From NCBI GenBank assembly GCA_049517335.1, contig JBEKSD010000002.1, positions 85,058-149,057 on the forward strand: DNA of 64,000 bases. Reading direction: 5' to 3'. Origin of the DNA: Candidatus Omnitrophota bacterium. GTDB lineage: Bacteria > Omnitrophota > Gorgyraeia > Gygaellales > Profunditerraquicolaceae. Under the pieces are notes generated by a model, which saw only the letters and a list, made by a program, of their open reading frames with translations, had not been told where the DNA came from and did not search any database. Shown here in pieces: positions 35,944 through 44,651 of this stretch (positions are counted from its first letter, which is position 1; the number at the start of each line of letters is the position of its first letter). The position numbers were made by a program, and so were the translations under genes.

Positions 35944-36428
35944 GTATAATCTATGACGCTCTTAAGAAAGTTGAACAATCAGGCACTCCTCTTTTAAAAA
36001 ATAAAAGCGATAAGGAAATAACTGTGCCTAAAAATAAGGTGAAAAGATACCTTATCTATATTTTATTTATGGCGCTGGGATTATTTTTCGCGAACATTCT
36101 TTTATCTTACCTCGGACCGGCGCTCACCAAAGTTAAAGCCGTAAATGAAACCAAAAGTAACCTCACCCAAAACAAACTTCCTATTCAGCCACCCGTACAG
36201 CAAACCCTTCCTCCTCCTGCTATTATAGAAAAACCCGCACCTCCTCCTAAGCCAACGCTTGCGTTAAACGGAATATTTTTCTCAGGAGAGGAAAGTTACG
36301 CGCTTATTAATAATCAGATTGTAAAAGTGGGGGATAAAATCAGCGGGGCTGTCATTAAGAAAATTTCTTCCGATGAAGTGCTGCTTAATTTTGAAGGGTC
36401 GGAAATAAAGCTAACTACGGCCCATTAA
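35940..36428 (+). CDS. ExeB/GspB-like membrane protein
   Basis: MSIIYDALKK, TM helix, Pro-rich linker, LNGIF....ALINNQIVKVGD.I.GA. Confidence 0.82.
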   Translation: MSIIYDALKKVEQSGTPLLKNKSDKEITVPKNKVKRYLIYILFMALGLFFANILLSYLGPALTKVKAVNETKSNLTQNKLPIQPPVQQTLPPPAIIEKPAPPPKPTLALNGIFFSGEESYALINNQIVKVGDKISGAVIKKISSDEVLLNFEGSEIKLTTAH

Positions 36429-37509
36429 TCCTGTTTCTGAGCGCCTCTTTTATAATAGCAAACGGAATATTATCAACAACTTTCACCTTTCCTATTCCGG
36501 CGCAAAGCACAAACCTGTTTCTTTTCCCGGTGAATTTCTTATCTTTATAATGAGCACTAATAATATTTCCCGAGTCTATTTTCTCAATAGTTATCGGCAG
36601 ACCCGTTTCTTTTATGACCTTTTCAATACGCCCTAAAGTCTTACTATCAGTTAAACCAAGCGCAACGCTTATATCGCCTGCCACAAGCATACCTATGGCC
36701 ACCGCTTCCCCATGATTATAAGAGTTGTACCTGCCGGCTGTCTCAATCGCATGCCCCAAAGTATGGCCGAAATTTAATATAGTACGAAAACCTCTTTCTT
36801 CGCGTTCATCTTTACTTACGATATCGGCTTTGATTTTACTACAACGCTCAACAATAAACTCTAAATACGTCTGTCTCTTTTTTAAGACGGATTTATAATT
36901 TTTTGCAAGGAAAGAAAACAACTCCTTGTCTTTTATAATCCCGTATTTGATGACCTCTGCCAACCCGGTTTTCAACTGCCGGGAAGAGAGGGTCTGTAAA
37001 AAATTGGTGTCGCTAAAGACAAGCCGCGGCTGATAGAATGCTCCCACAAGGTTTTTGCCTGCTGACAGGTCTATAGCGGTCTTGCCTCCGATGGCCGAAT
37101 CCACCTGAGCCAATAATGTAGTCGGTATTTGAATATAGGGAACCCCGCGTTTATAAATAGAAGCGACGAAACCGCCTAAATCTCCTACCACTCCTCCACC
37201 GAAAGAAATTATGAAGACTCTTCTGGCTTTATCAAAGCCTGCTAAATCTTTAATTACTGCGGAAGCAGTTTCTACGGACTTACTTTTCTCGGTATCTGGA
37301 ATTATCCTGAATCTGGCAGTTATACCCGAAGCCCTTAGTGAAGATTCCAGAGCTTTACCGAATTTCGTTCTTATAAGCTTATTTGTAATTATAAAAGCAT
37401 CTGTACCTAATTTTAAAGCTCTGATTTCCCTGCTAAGGCGCTTAAGGATACCGCTTCCTACAATAATCTTATAAGAGCGCTTCTTAAGATTTACTTTTAT
37501 TATTTTCAT
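36415..37509 (-). CDS. aroB: 3-dehydroquinate synthase
   Basis: GGGVVGDL, PTTLLAQVDSAIGGKT, KNLVGAF.QP, LNFGHTLGHAIE, HGEAV. Confidence 0.97.
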   Translation of the reverse strand: MKIIKVNLKKRSYKIIVGSGILKRLSREIRALKLGTDAFIITNKLIRTKFGKALESSLRASGITARFRIIPDTEKSKSVETASAVIKDLAGFDKARRVFIISFGGGVVGDLGGFVASIYKRGVPYIQIPTTLLAQVDSAIGGKTAIDLSAGKNLVGAFYQPRLVFSDTNFLQTLSSRQLKTGLAEVIKYGIIKDKELFSFLAKNYKSVLKKRQTYLEFIVERCSKIKADIVSKDEREERGFRTILNFGHTLGHAIETAGRYNSYNHGEAVAIGMLVAGDISVALGLTDSKTLGRIEKVIKETGLPITIEKIDSGNIISAHYKDKKFTGKRNRFVLCAGIGKVKVVDNIPFAIIKEALRNRINGP

Positions 37510-37517
37510 TGTCGGTT

Positions 37518-38285
37518 TTATTCTACTGCTTCTATAGAAACAATTTCAATAATGGGGTATTTCCCTTGGTAGCCGCTGAGTTTTCCGGTGACTTTTACTT
37601 TATTATAATTAATAGCGTCCAAACTTTTTTTATTACCCTTAAGAAGGTAAGTTTTGTCTAGGGAGACGAGCTTATGGGTGGCTTGACGGCCGAATATCCT
37701 GCCGTAAGGCTGAATGATCCCTGTTATCGCGACTAAATCCGGTGAGGGCAGATCCAAAACCGGGGTAGGAATTAATTCCGGTCCCGGTTTTGACTCCGGT
37801 TTTTGCGCCGGCTTTACAAACTTCTTATTTACATAACCGAAGCTGTTGCGAATGGGCTCAATTTGAAACCAACCATTGGCATCCCCTAAAACATTTACAA
37901 TCTCATCTTTATTAACCTTCCCTAAGATTTGCGAGTTCTCAGAAGGCTTAAGCCTGACATTAATCCTGTCTTTAGTGGCTTTAGCACTGCTACAGCTGGG
38001 TTCAAGCGGAAGACACTCAAATAAAGACTTTTTTACGAAAGAAGGGGCGTTTTTAGGCAGGCGTATCCTATACCAGTCATATAATTCAGCACTTACCTCA
38101 ACTGTATCATGGCTCTTTAATACGCAAATTACTTCGGAGGAGACCGTGGTATCGGCCCTGACATTAATGTTGTCAGAAGATATTTCCCCGTTAAATTTCC
38201 GGAATTCCTGCGCGAATGTAGTTGTGGCTGACAAAACCGCCACTGTCAACAGGACGAATACTATTCTAGGCAAAAAACAGCGCAT
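37518..38285 (-). CDS. Exported tandem bacterial SH3-domain protein
   Basis: Signal peptide; two INVR...W..I repeats; Pro-rich linker; C-terminal beta domain. Confidence 0.85.
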   Translation of the reverse strand: MRCFLPRIVFVLLTVAVLSATTTFAQEFRKFNGEISSDNINVRADTTVSSEVICVLKSHDTVEVSAELYDWYRIRLPKNAPSFVKKSLFECLPLEPSCSSAKATKDRINVRLKPSENSQILGKVNKDEIVNVLGDANGWFQIEPIRNSFGYVNKKFVKPAQKPESKPGPELIPTPVLDLPSPDLVAITGIIQPYGRIFGRQATHKLVSLDKTYLLKGNKKSLDAINYNKVKVTGKLSGYQGKYPIIEIVSIEAVE

Positions 38286-38292
38286 TTTTTAG

Positions 38293-38598
38293 TTATTTCT
38301 TTTCTGCTTTCGGAGCTGCGGTTTTTGCGGGTGCGGGTTTTGCAGCTACTGCGGCGCCTGTCGCAGTCGCTGCTGCGGGAGCGCCTTCCGCTCCGGCAAC
38401 AGTTACTTCGGCAGGTTTTTCAATCTTTTCTTTCTTGATCTTAAGCCTCACAGCCTTGATTTTAGGCAGGCGGTAAACATCATCCCCTTCTTTCCACTGC
38501 CCTTTTTCCATCATTGACCTGAGGCGCTCGCTGCGCTTTAGGACGGACCTTTGTTTTTTGTCTTTTTCGGAAACTGCTAACGACGGATGAATTGACAT
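38293..38598 (-). CDS. PVC-superphylum small basic signature protein with an Ala-rich tail
   Basis: MSIHPSL.......RSVLKR.ER...M..KG.W.EG..VY.LPK. Confidence 0.85.
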   Translation of the reverse strand: MSIHPSLAVSEKDKKQRSVLKRSERLRSMMEKGQWKEGDDVYRLPKIKAVRLKIKKEKIEKPAEVTVAGAEGAPAAATATGAAVAAKPAPAKTAAPKAEKK

Positions 38599-38604
38599 TA
38601 TCCC

Positions 38605-39165
38605 TTATAACCTCCTTAAATGGCAACCCTGGTATTTTTTAGCCAATTGAGCTAATAAAGATTGCGCGGTTTCTTTGTCAGTAAATTTCCCCACACATAA
38701 TATCGTATAATTGCCTTTAGATATGATTTGCGGCGAAAAACCCTTCTTTTTCAAAAGCTCGGCTTCTTTCTGGGCGAAAGCCCTTGTTTTGTAACTTGCA
38801 AGCTGGATAGTGTATCCTGCCCCGTATTCAGCCGCCTTTTTTGTATTTTGAGCGGGACTCGTATTTACGCTTACTATCGGAAGCGGCTCAAACTGTTTAG
38901 CCTGTAATGTATTTACGGCAGCCGTAACGGCAGCCTTATCTTCCGTGCTCTCCGTATTTTTTAAAGGTGCAATACGCTTGCCTTTTTCAACCCCGATAGA
39001 AAAACATATTATGCCTGTTACGGCAATCCCTATGATTAAAATAATTTTCTTTTCATAAGCGCGGATAAAAGAATAAAAACGCTCCTGTTCATGCAAGCCT
39101 TTTACTTGGGGTTTACCGGATTGCGAAAATAAATCAAGCTGCAGGTTCTCTTCTTTTTCCATCAT
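38605..39165 (-). CDS. SPOR-domain membrane protein
   Basis: TM segment followed by GVEKGK; YTIQLASY...A......LKKKGF...VG.F. Confidence 0.88.
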   Translation of the reverse strand: MMEKEENLQLDLFSQSGKPQVKGLHEQERFYSFIRAYEKKIILIIGIAVTGIICFSIGVEKGKRIAPLKNTESTEDKAAVTAAVNTLQAKQFEPLPIVSVNTSPAQNTKKAAEYGAGYTIQLASYKTRAFAQKEAELLKKKGFSPQIISKGNYTILCVGKFTDKETAQSLLAQLAKKYQGCHLRRL

Positions 39166-39181
39166 ACGGGGTATTATATCT

Positions 39182-40249
39182 TTACTTTAATGGTAATTTC
39201 AAGTAATTTTTAGTTTTAATTTTTTTTACTACTTTAAGGAACGCCTCGACGACTTTAGGGTCAAATTGTTTATTGCTTTTCTTCTTTATCTCCCTCACCG
39301 CAGAAGCAATATCCATCCTTTCGCGGTAAGGCCGGCCGTAAACCATAGCCTCAAAAGCGTCGGCAACGGACATAATACGCGCACCCAGGGGAATCTGCAA
39401 TTTCTTCAACCGCGATGGATACCCCGTGCCGTCATATTTTTCATGGTGATGCATGATTATCGGGATAACCGGTTTCAATGTCTGGAATGACCGGAGTATA
39501 TTTGCGCCCTTTTGCGGATGGGTTTTGATTATATTATATTCTTTAGGCGTCAATTTTGTGGTTTTAGTCAGTATTTCAAGCGGGATTTCCGCTTTGCCCG
39601 CATCATGCAGCAAGCTGGCATATTTCAGGCTCTCAATCTGTTTTTCATCCAGATGCATCTGATTGCCTATTGAGGTTACCAGCCGACTGAAATACGGGGA
39701 ATGAGTAAATTCTTGTGGTACACGGGTATCCAACAAAGTAACCAGCGATTTTATGCTCCCTAACACTGTCTTTTGCTGCTCCTCGTAAAGCTGCAGGTTT
39801 TTAATCCCGATTACCGACTGTTCAATGAGGGTATTAAGTATCTGCTGGTCAAATTTTTCAAAATGCGGCTGGCCTTTTCTGCGCCGTAGGATGATAATTC
39901 CTATTATATCTTCGCAGATCATCGGGCTCGCAAGAAGTCCGTCCTTCCTAATTGTGGAAAGATTCCGCAGAATCTGTTTTTCAATACGGTTTGTAATCCT
40001 GCGTTTTTTATCACAGACAACTTTCCTTTTCCTGTCAGCGATGCATCTTATAAGCGAACACTGGTGGGCCTGATCAAGAATTAGAATTGCGCAGTATTGC
40101 GTATTGAATATCTGGCAAATTAGTTTGGTAAGGCGGGAGACCAATTCTTTAAGCTCATAAGTAGAATTAATCAGCCGGTATATACTGTGTATACCTGAAG
40201 CTAAAGTGTTATACTTTTTCGTAGGGGTAAAATAGTTTTTTATATTCAT
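39182..40249 (-). CDS. GAF + HD-GYP domain protein
   Basis: LLHDAGK, HHHEKYDGTGYP, VADAFEAM...RPYR, FDPKVV; N-terminal GAF-like region. Confidence 0.9.
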   Translation of the reverse strand: MNIKNYFTPTKKYNTLASGIHSIYRLINSTYELKELVSRLTKLICQIFNTQYCAILILDQAHQCSLIRCIADRKRKVVCDKKRRITNRIEKQILRNLSTIRKDGLLASPMICEDIIGIIILRRRKGQPHFEKFDQQILNTLIEQSVIGIKNLQLYEEQQKTVLGSIKSLVTLLDTRVPQEFTHSPYFSRLVTSIGNQMHLDEKQIESLKYASLLHDAGKAEIPLEILTKTTKLTPKEYNIIKTHPQKGANILRSFQTLKPVIPIIMHHHEKYDGTGYPSRLKKLQIPLGARIMSVADAFEAMVYGRPYRERMDIASAVREIKKKSNKQFDPKVVEAFLKVVKKIKTKNYLKLPLK

Positions 40250-41363
40250 CTAACGCGTACCTATCGGTCATGCCCGCGATATAATCGCAAACTACTCTCT
40301 TCACGCCGTCTTTTGGTATTTTCTTCTGTATTTGCGCCGGTAACTGCTCCGGTTTCTTAAGATAGTCCTTAAATAACTCGGTTATAAAACGTTTTGCTTT
40401 ATTACTCATCCTTACCACCCGGTAATGGTGATAAAGATCCGCCATAAGGAACTTCCGTAAAGGCTTCCTTAAGTCCAGCATCTCTTTACTAAAAACAACT
40501 ACTTTAATGCCGCATTTTTTTGCTTTGAATGCGGAATCCAACTTAAGCCTCTTTAGGTTATTTTCCGTCTGCGATATGAGATCGGTAACCTGAATATCAA
40601 TAAGAGACCTGATAATCTGGTATTTACGCAATTCGACATTTATTTTAGCATATTTAGAACCTATTTGTCTATTTATATTCTCCCAGATAGCCAGTCTTTC
40701 AAGTTCACCTTCCCTGATAAGTCCGGAAGTCAGGCCGTCATCTATATCGTGGTTATCGTAGGCGACCTCATCGGCAATATCAACTACCTGCGTTTCAAGT
40801 GTGGGCATCTCTTTAGCGGAAAATTCCCTGATTTTTCCGGCTTTATCAAAAAGGGAAGAATGCCTTACGATACCTTCCCTTACCTCCCAGCTTAAATTCA
40901 GGCCGGGAAAACCGGGGTATCTTTCTTCAAGATAATCCACCACTCTTAAACCATGGACATTATGATTAAAACCGCCACAGTCTTTCATTAATTCATTCAG
41001 CACCTCTTCCCCTGAATGGCCGAAAGGAGTATGGCCCAAGTCATGCGCAAGGGCAATGGCTTCGGTTAAGTCCGTGTTTAACCTCAGTGCCGAAGCTATA
41101 GTGCGGGCGATTTGAGCTACTTCTATCGTATGGGTCAGCCTTGTCCGGTAATAGTCCCCTTCATGGTTTACGAATACCTGCGTCTTATATTCAAGCCTCC
41201 TGAAAGCGGCAGAATGTATTATCCGGTCGCGGTCCCTCTGATAAACAGAGCGATAAGCATGTTCCTTTTCGGGATACTTCCTCCCTTTTGAGTTACAGCT
41301 CTTCATGGCGTAAGGCGCCAGAAAAACATCCTCGTATTCTCTAATTTGTCTTTGATTCAGCAT
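40209..41363 (-). CDS. dgt: dGTP triphosphohydrolase
   Basis: RDRDRIIHS.AFRRL..KTQVF, RTRLTH, HDLGHTPFGH.GE, DYIAGMTD. Confidence 0.95.
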   Translation of the reverse strand: MLNQRQIREYEDVFLAPYAMKSCNSKGRKYPEKEHAYRSVYQRDRDRIIHSAAFRRLEYKTQVFVNHEGDYYRTRLTHTIEVAQIARTIASALRLNTDLTEAIALAHDLGHTPFGHSGEEVLNELMKDCGGFNHNVHGLRVVDYLEERYPGFPGLNLSWEVREGIVRHSSLFDKAGKIREFSAKEMPTLETQVVDIADEVAYDNHDIDDGLTSGLIREGELERLAIWENINRQIGSKYAKINVELRKYQIIRSLIDIQVTDLISQTENNLKRLKLDSAFKAKKCGIKVVVFSKEMLDLRKPLRKFLMADLYHHYRVVRMSNKAKRFITELFKDYLKKPEQLPAQIQKKIPKDGVKRVVCDYIAGMTDRYALDEYKKLFYPYEKV

Positions 41364-41817
41364 CTCTTAAACGTTTATATAAATCTTTGAGCGACTGCGA
41401 AATCACCCTTACCTCGCCGATGGTGGCAATAAAATTAGTATCGCCTACCCAACGCGGCACGATATGCAGATGCAGGTGCTCGGTAATTCCCGCTCCTGCC
41501 GCACGCCCGAGATTTGCGCCGACATTATATCCGTCGGGTTTTAATACTGTATCGAGCAGCATCTTGGCTTTGTTTAACGCTCTTATAAGGTCCAGCATCT
41601 CTGTTTCTTTAAGCTGGGCAATATCAGGGATATGCCTCTTTGGAGAAACCATAAGGTGGCCGTTATTGTAAGGGTATAGATTCAGCATGCAAACGCAATG
41701 CCTAGTCCGAAAAACTACAAAATCCTTTTGTGAGTCGCAAAAAATACAGCGGGATTTCTTTTTCGCTTTACTGATATAGTTTATCCTCCACGGCGCCCAG
41801 AGTGTATCCATAGTCAT
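41341..41817 (-). CDS. HIT-family hydrolase (Ap4A phosphorylase-like)
   Basis: LWAPWR, CIFC, NLYPYNNGH, AGAGI..HLHLHIVPRW.GD. Confidence 0.93.
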   Translation of the reverse strand: MTMDTLWAPWRINYISKAKKKSRCIFCDSQKDFVVFRTRHCVCMLNLYPYNNGHLMVSPKRHIPDIAQLKETEMLDLIRALNKAKMLLDTVLKPDGYNVGANLGRAAGAGITEHLHLHIVPRWVGDTNFIATIGEVRVISQSLKDLYKRLRDAESKTN

Positions 41818-42302
41818 AGTTTGACGAGTTTTAACTCAATCTTATTGTTTAATTCAATTATTCCGTAGGTATTTTCTTTGGCATAAACTTTATCGGTAGG
41901 GCTGCCCGGGTTAAAAAATATAATTCCGTTCTTTTCCTGATTCAGGCCCAAGTGCGAATGGCCGAAAATAACAATGTCCACCGAATCATTCCTGAATATC
42001 TCGCTTAAAAACTCTACTAAATTTGCCGCAGCCCCATAACCGTGGTAAACGCCTATCCTGAATTTACCGGCGCTGACTATCTGCTTTTCCGGAAACTTAT
42101 TCCTGACTTCCGCCGGGTCCATATTGCCGCAAACCGCTATTACATTGGGACAAACTTTTTTTAGCTTATCTATAACACTACAATCCACTAGATCCCCGGC
42201 ATGGATTATCAAATCCGCCCCCTTAAAATCCTCAAGCATCTTCTTTGGGAGCTCCTGCGATTTATCGGTTAAATGTGTATCGGAAAGTACCCCTATTTTC
42301 AT
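41814..42302 (-). CDS. YfcE/Vps29-like metallophosphoesterase
   Basis: SDTH, HAGD, GNMD, HG, FGHSH, NPGS. Confidence 0.93.
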   Translation of the reverse strand: MKIGVLSDTHLTDKSQELPKKMLEDFKGADLIIHAGDLVDCSVIDKLKKVCPNVIAVCGNMDPAEVRNKFPEKQIVSAGKFRIGVYHGYGAAANLVEFLSEIFRNDSVDIVIFGHSHLGLNQEKNGIIFFNPGSPTDKVYAKENTYGIIELNNKIELKLVKL

Positions 42303-43891
42303 ATTATCACTCTCGGCTTATAAAATAAATCCAAAATTTGGTTTAAATTATTGGCATCCCACGTCCAGATTTTTTCTTCCAGAGCCCTTAACCGCGCATT
42401 CGTGTCAATATCGGAAAGCGTAATAATAATTTTCCTCTGTAGTTTATGGCGGTATTTTTTGCATTCTTTTGCGAAATCGGTGACGTCCTCTTCGGTAAGT
42501 ATTTCCCGTTTGACAGCCATAATCCATAAACTGTCATTAGACCTGCCGATAAGTCCGTCTTTTAAGGTTTTTGAGTTGAATTCAAACTGCTTTACTTCCC
42601 TGAAATGGTTCAGCCGTACCCGCTTTCTTTCCAGCAGGAACGTTTCATCTTCAAAAAGGCGCATCAGCTCAGTCAGGCGTTGGGAAATCGACTTTTGTGC
42701 GGCCAAGAGGAATTCTTCAATCATATCTTCTATGTGGTCGCGGAATTTTTTCTTCTGGTTCTGGGCGTCAAATGTAAGCGACTGGAGTTTTTCCTGATAC
42801 ACAAACTTAAGCCAGAATCCGAAGACACGGTCATTAATTTTTAAGAAATCCCCGCTTTTAGTTATGGTATCTGCCTCAAGCAGACGATTGATATCCGCAT
42901 TAAGCTCTTTCTGCGTCTTTTTTAAGACATGCGCGATATCCTTGATTTTATTCCTGCCGTTTGAAATTAAATAAAGCAGTGATATCAGGTCGTTTTCATG
43001 CGCCGAGTCCGAAAAACGCTTGAGGTAGTTGGAAAACCTTTGATTTAAAGCACCCGATGAGTCAAATAAAAGATTTTCCAGAATATCCGCGAGGTGATTT
43101 TTATCCGGCTTAAGGAGTGAATTGCCGACCAGTTTTAGATAAAAGGGGTAGCCTCCAGTAAAATGCACTATAAAATTCTCTAACCCCTTATCCAGATTAG
43201 GGCCTTTAAGGTTTAAGTTGAGGAATATTTCCGCATCCCTTGTGTCAAACGGCTCAACATTAATTACCTCAAAATTGCCGAATAAAAGCGAGAGGTTCCG
43301 GGAGAGTATCGAGTGCGCTTTAAACTTAAGCGAGCTTATGATTACATGCAAGGTTGATTTCTGGATAATCAAAAGTTTGGACCATTCCTTATAAAGGTTA
43401 TTGAAACCGACGTGTTCTAAATTATGGAACTCGTCAAATATTATTACGCTAAATTTTCCGGTCTCCTGATGGATGCTCTCGGTCAAAGAAAGAAGATCGG
43501 TAAATATATTAACCTTCTTCCTCTTTTCCATCGCAACCAGGATATTCCTGATTTTTTCAACTGTCTTTGGGATATACTTATCCGATTTAGAAAGGAGGAA
43601 TTCAAGATCTTCTCTTAAAGGGATACCGCTTACGGATAAGAAGTTATAAAGAAGTACCCCGATGAAACGTCGGATAAATGAATTCAAAGACTCCGGCCTT
43701 ACTTCCAGATAAAGCAGGATTACCCGGTTATCGCAGAAGACATTTAAGAATTTATGGATTATCGCGGTTTTGCCGACTAATTCATCCCCGGTGATAGCGA
43801 TATTCTGGCGGTAGCCCTCTTTTAAATCAAGGGCCCGTTTCTCCAGTATGTTCAGGTATTCAGTCCTGCCAAAAAAATTATCCTTTATCAT
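42299..43891 (-). CDS. Archaeal-type AAA ATPase with wHTH and a C-terminal restriction-endonuclease-like domain
   Basis: FFGR.E, GDELVGKT, IIFDEFH, FTGGYPFYL, KINDRVFGFWL. Confidence 0.8.
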   Translation of the reverse strand: MIKDNFFGRTEYLNILEKRALDLKEGYRQNIAITGDELVGKTAIIHKFLNVFCDNRVILLYLEVRPESLNSFIRRFIGVLLYNFLSVSGIPLREDLEFLLSKSDKYIPKTVEKIRNILVAMEKRKKVNIFTDLLSLTESIHQETGKFSVIIFDEFHNLEHVGFNNLYKEWSKLLIIQKSTLHVIISSLKFKAHSILSRNLSLLFGNFEVINVEPFDTRDAEIFLNLNLKGPNLDKGLENFIVHFTGGYPFYLKLVGNSLLKPDKNHLADILENLLFDSSGALNQRFSNYLKRFSDSAHENDLISLLYLISNGRNKIKDIAHVLKKTQKELNADINRLLEADTITKSGDFLKINDRVFGFWLKFVYQEKLQSLTFDAQNQKKKFRDHIEDMIEEFLLAAQKSISQRLTELMRLFEDETFLLERKRVRLNHFREVKQFEFNSKTLKDGLIGRSNDSLWIMAVKREILTEEDVTDFAKECKKYRHKLQRKIIITLSDIDTNARLRALEEKIWTWDANNLNQILDLFYKPRVII

Positions 43892-44562
43892 GGTAGATAA
43901 TAATAGGGATTCTCAGAGATATACCCTTTCCTAACTTCAAAATGCAAATAAACGTTTTTGTCCCTGCCGGCTGAACCTGCCTTGGCGATTAATTGGCCCT
44001 TTTGGACAACGTCTCCGGCTTTTACGAAAATCTGGCTGTTACGGGCGTAAACCGTTGAAAGGCCATCTCCGTGGTCAATAATTAGAGTTTTTCCGAACCC
44101 GCCGAAATTCCCAGATGAAAAAACCACTTTCCCGCTGCGGGATGCACTGACGTCGGAATTAGTTACCGGCCGTATATTTATCCCTTTATTGACCATATTA
44201 TTATAGACGGAACCAAACGAAGCAATCACCCTTCCTTTTATAGGCCAGATAAAATCATCTCCCGAAGAAAATACTGGAAGAGGTTCCTGTCTCTTTTGAC
44301 CCGGGATAAATATCAACTGTCCAACCTCGAGCGCGGTTGCGTCTGAAATACGGTTAAGCCTTGCCAAATTATCCAAGTCTACGCCGTAAACCTTGGAAAT
44401 CCCCCATAAAGTCTGCCCCCGCTCCACCCGGTGGTATATACCGCTTGAACCTTGAGGAAGGGCTTCCGGAGAAATTAAAGGCGTGGTTGCGCATCCAAAA
44501 AGAGTAAACGCACAAAAAATAAAGGTTAAAATTATTAAATACTTCTTGCTTTTATTCAGCAT
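43888..44562 (-). CDS. LysM + M23 (NlpD-like) lipoprotein
   Basis: Lipobox LFGC; HRVERGQTLW.I; FIWP, KGINI, LHFEVR; start reassigned to ATG 44562. Confidence 0.92.
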   Translation of the reverse strand: MLNKSKKYLIILTFIFCAFTLFGCATTPLISPEALPQGSSGIYHRVERGQTLWGISKVYGVDLDNLARLNRISDATALEVGQLIFIPGQKRQEPLPVFSSGDDFIWPIKGRVIASFGSVYNNMVNKGINIRPVTNSDVSASRSGKVVFSSGNFGGFGKTLIIDHGDGLSTVYARNSQIFVKAGDVVQKGQLIAKAGSAGRDKNVYLHFEVRKGYISENPYYYLP

Positions 44563-44576
44563 TTTTAAAAAAATCA

Positions 44577-44647
44577 AGCGGGCGAAGGGAATTGAACCCT
44601 CCTATCCAGCTTGGGAAGCTGGTGTTCTACCGATGAACTACGCCCGC
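44577..44647 (-). tRNA. tRNA-Gly(CCC)
   Basis: Minus strand GCGGGCGTAGTTCATCGGTAGAACACCAGCTTCCCAAGCTGGATAGGAGGGTTCAATTCCCTTCGCCCGCT. Confidence 0.96.
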
Positions 44648-44651
44648 AAAC

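Noticed and set aside
40209-41363. dGTPase as an anti-phage system
   Set aside because: Ordinary short Dgt in a housekeeping operon with no sign of horizontal acquisition
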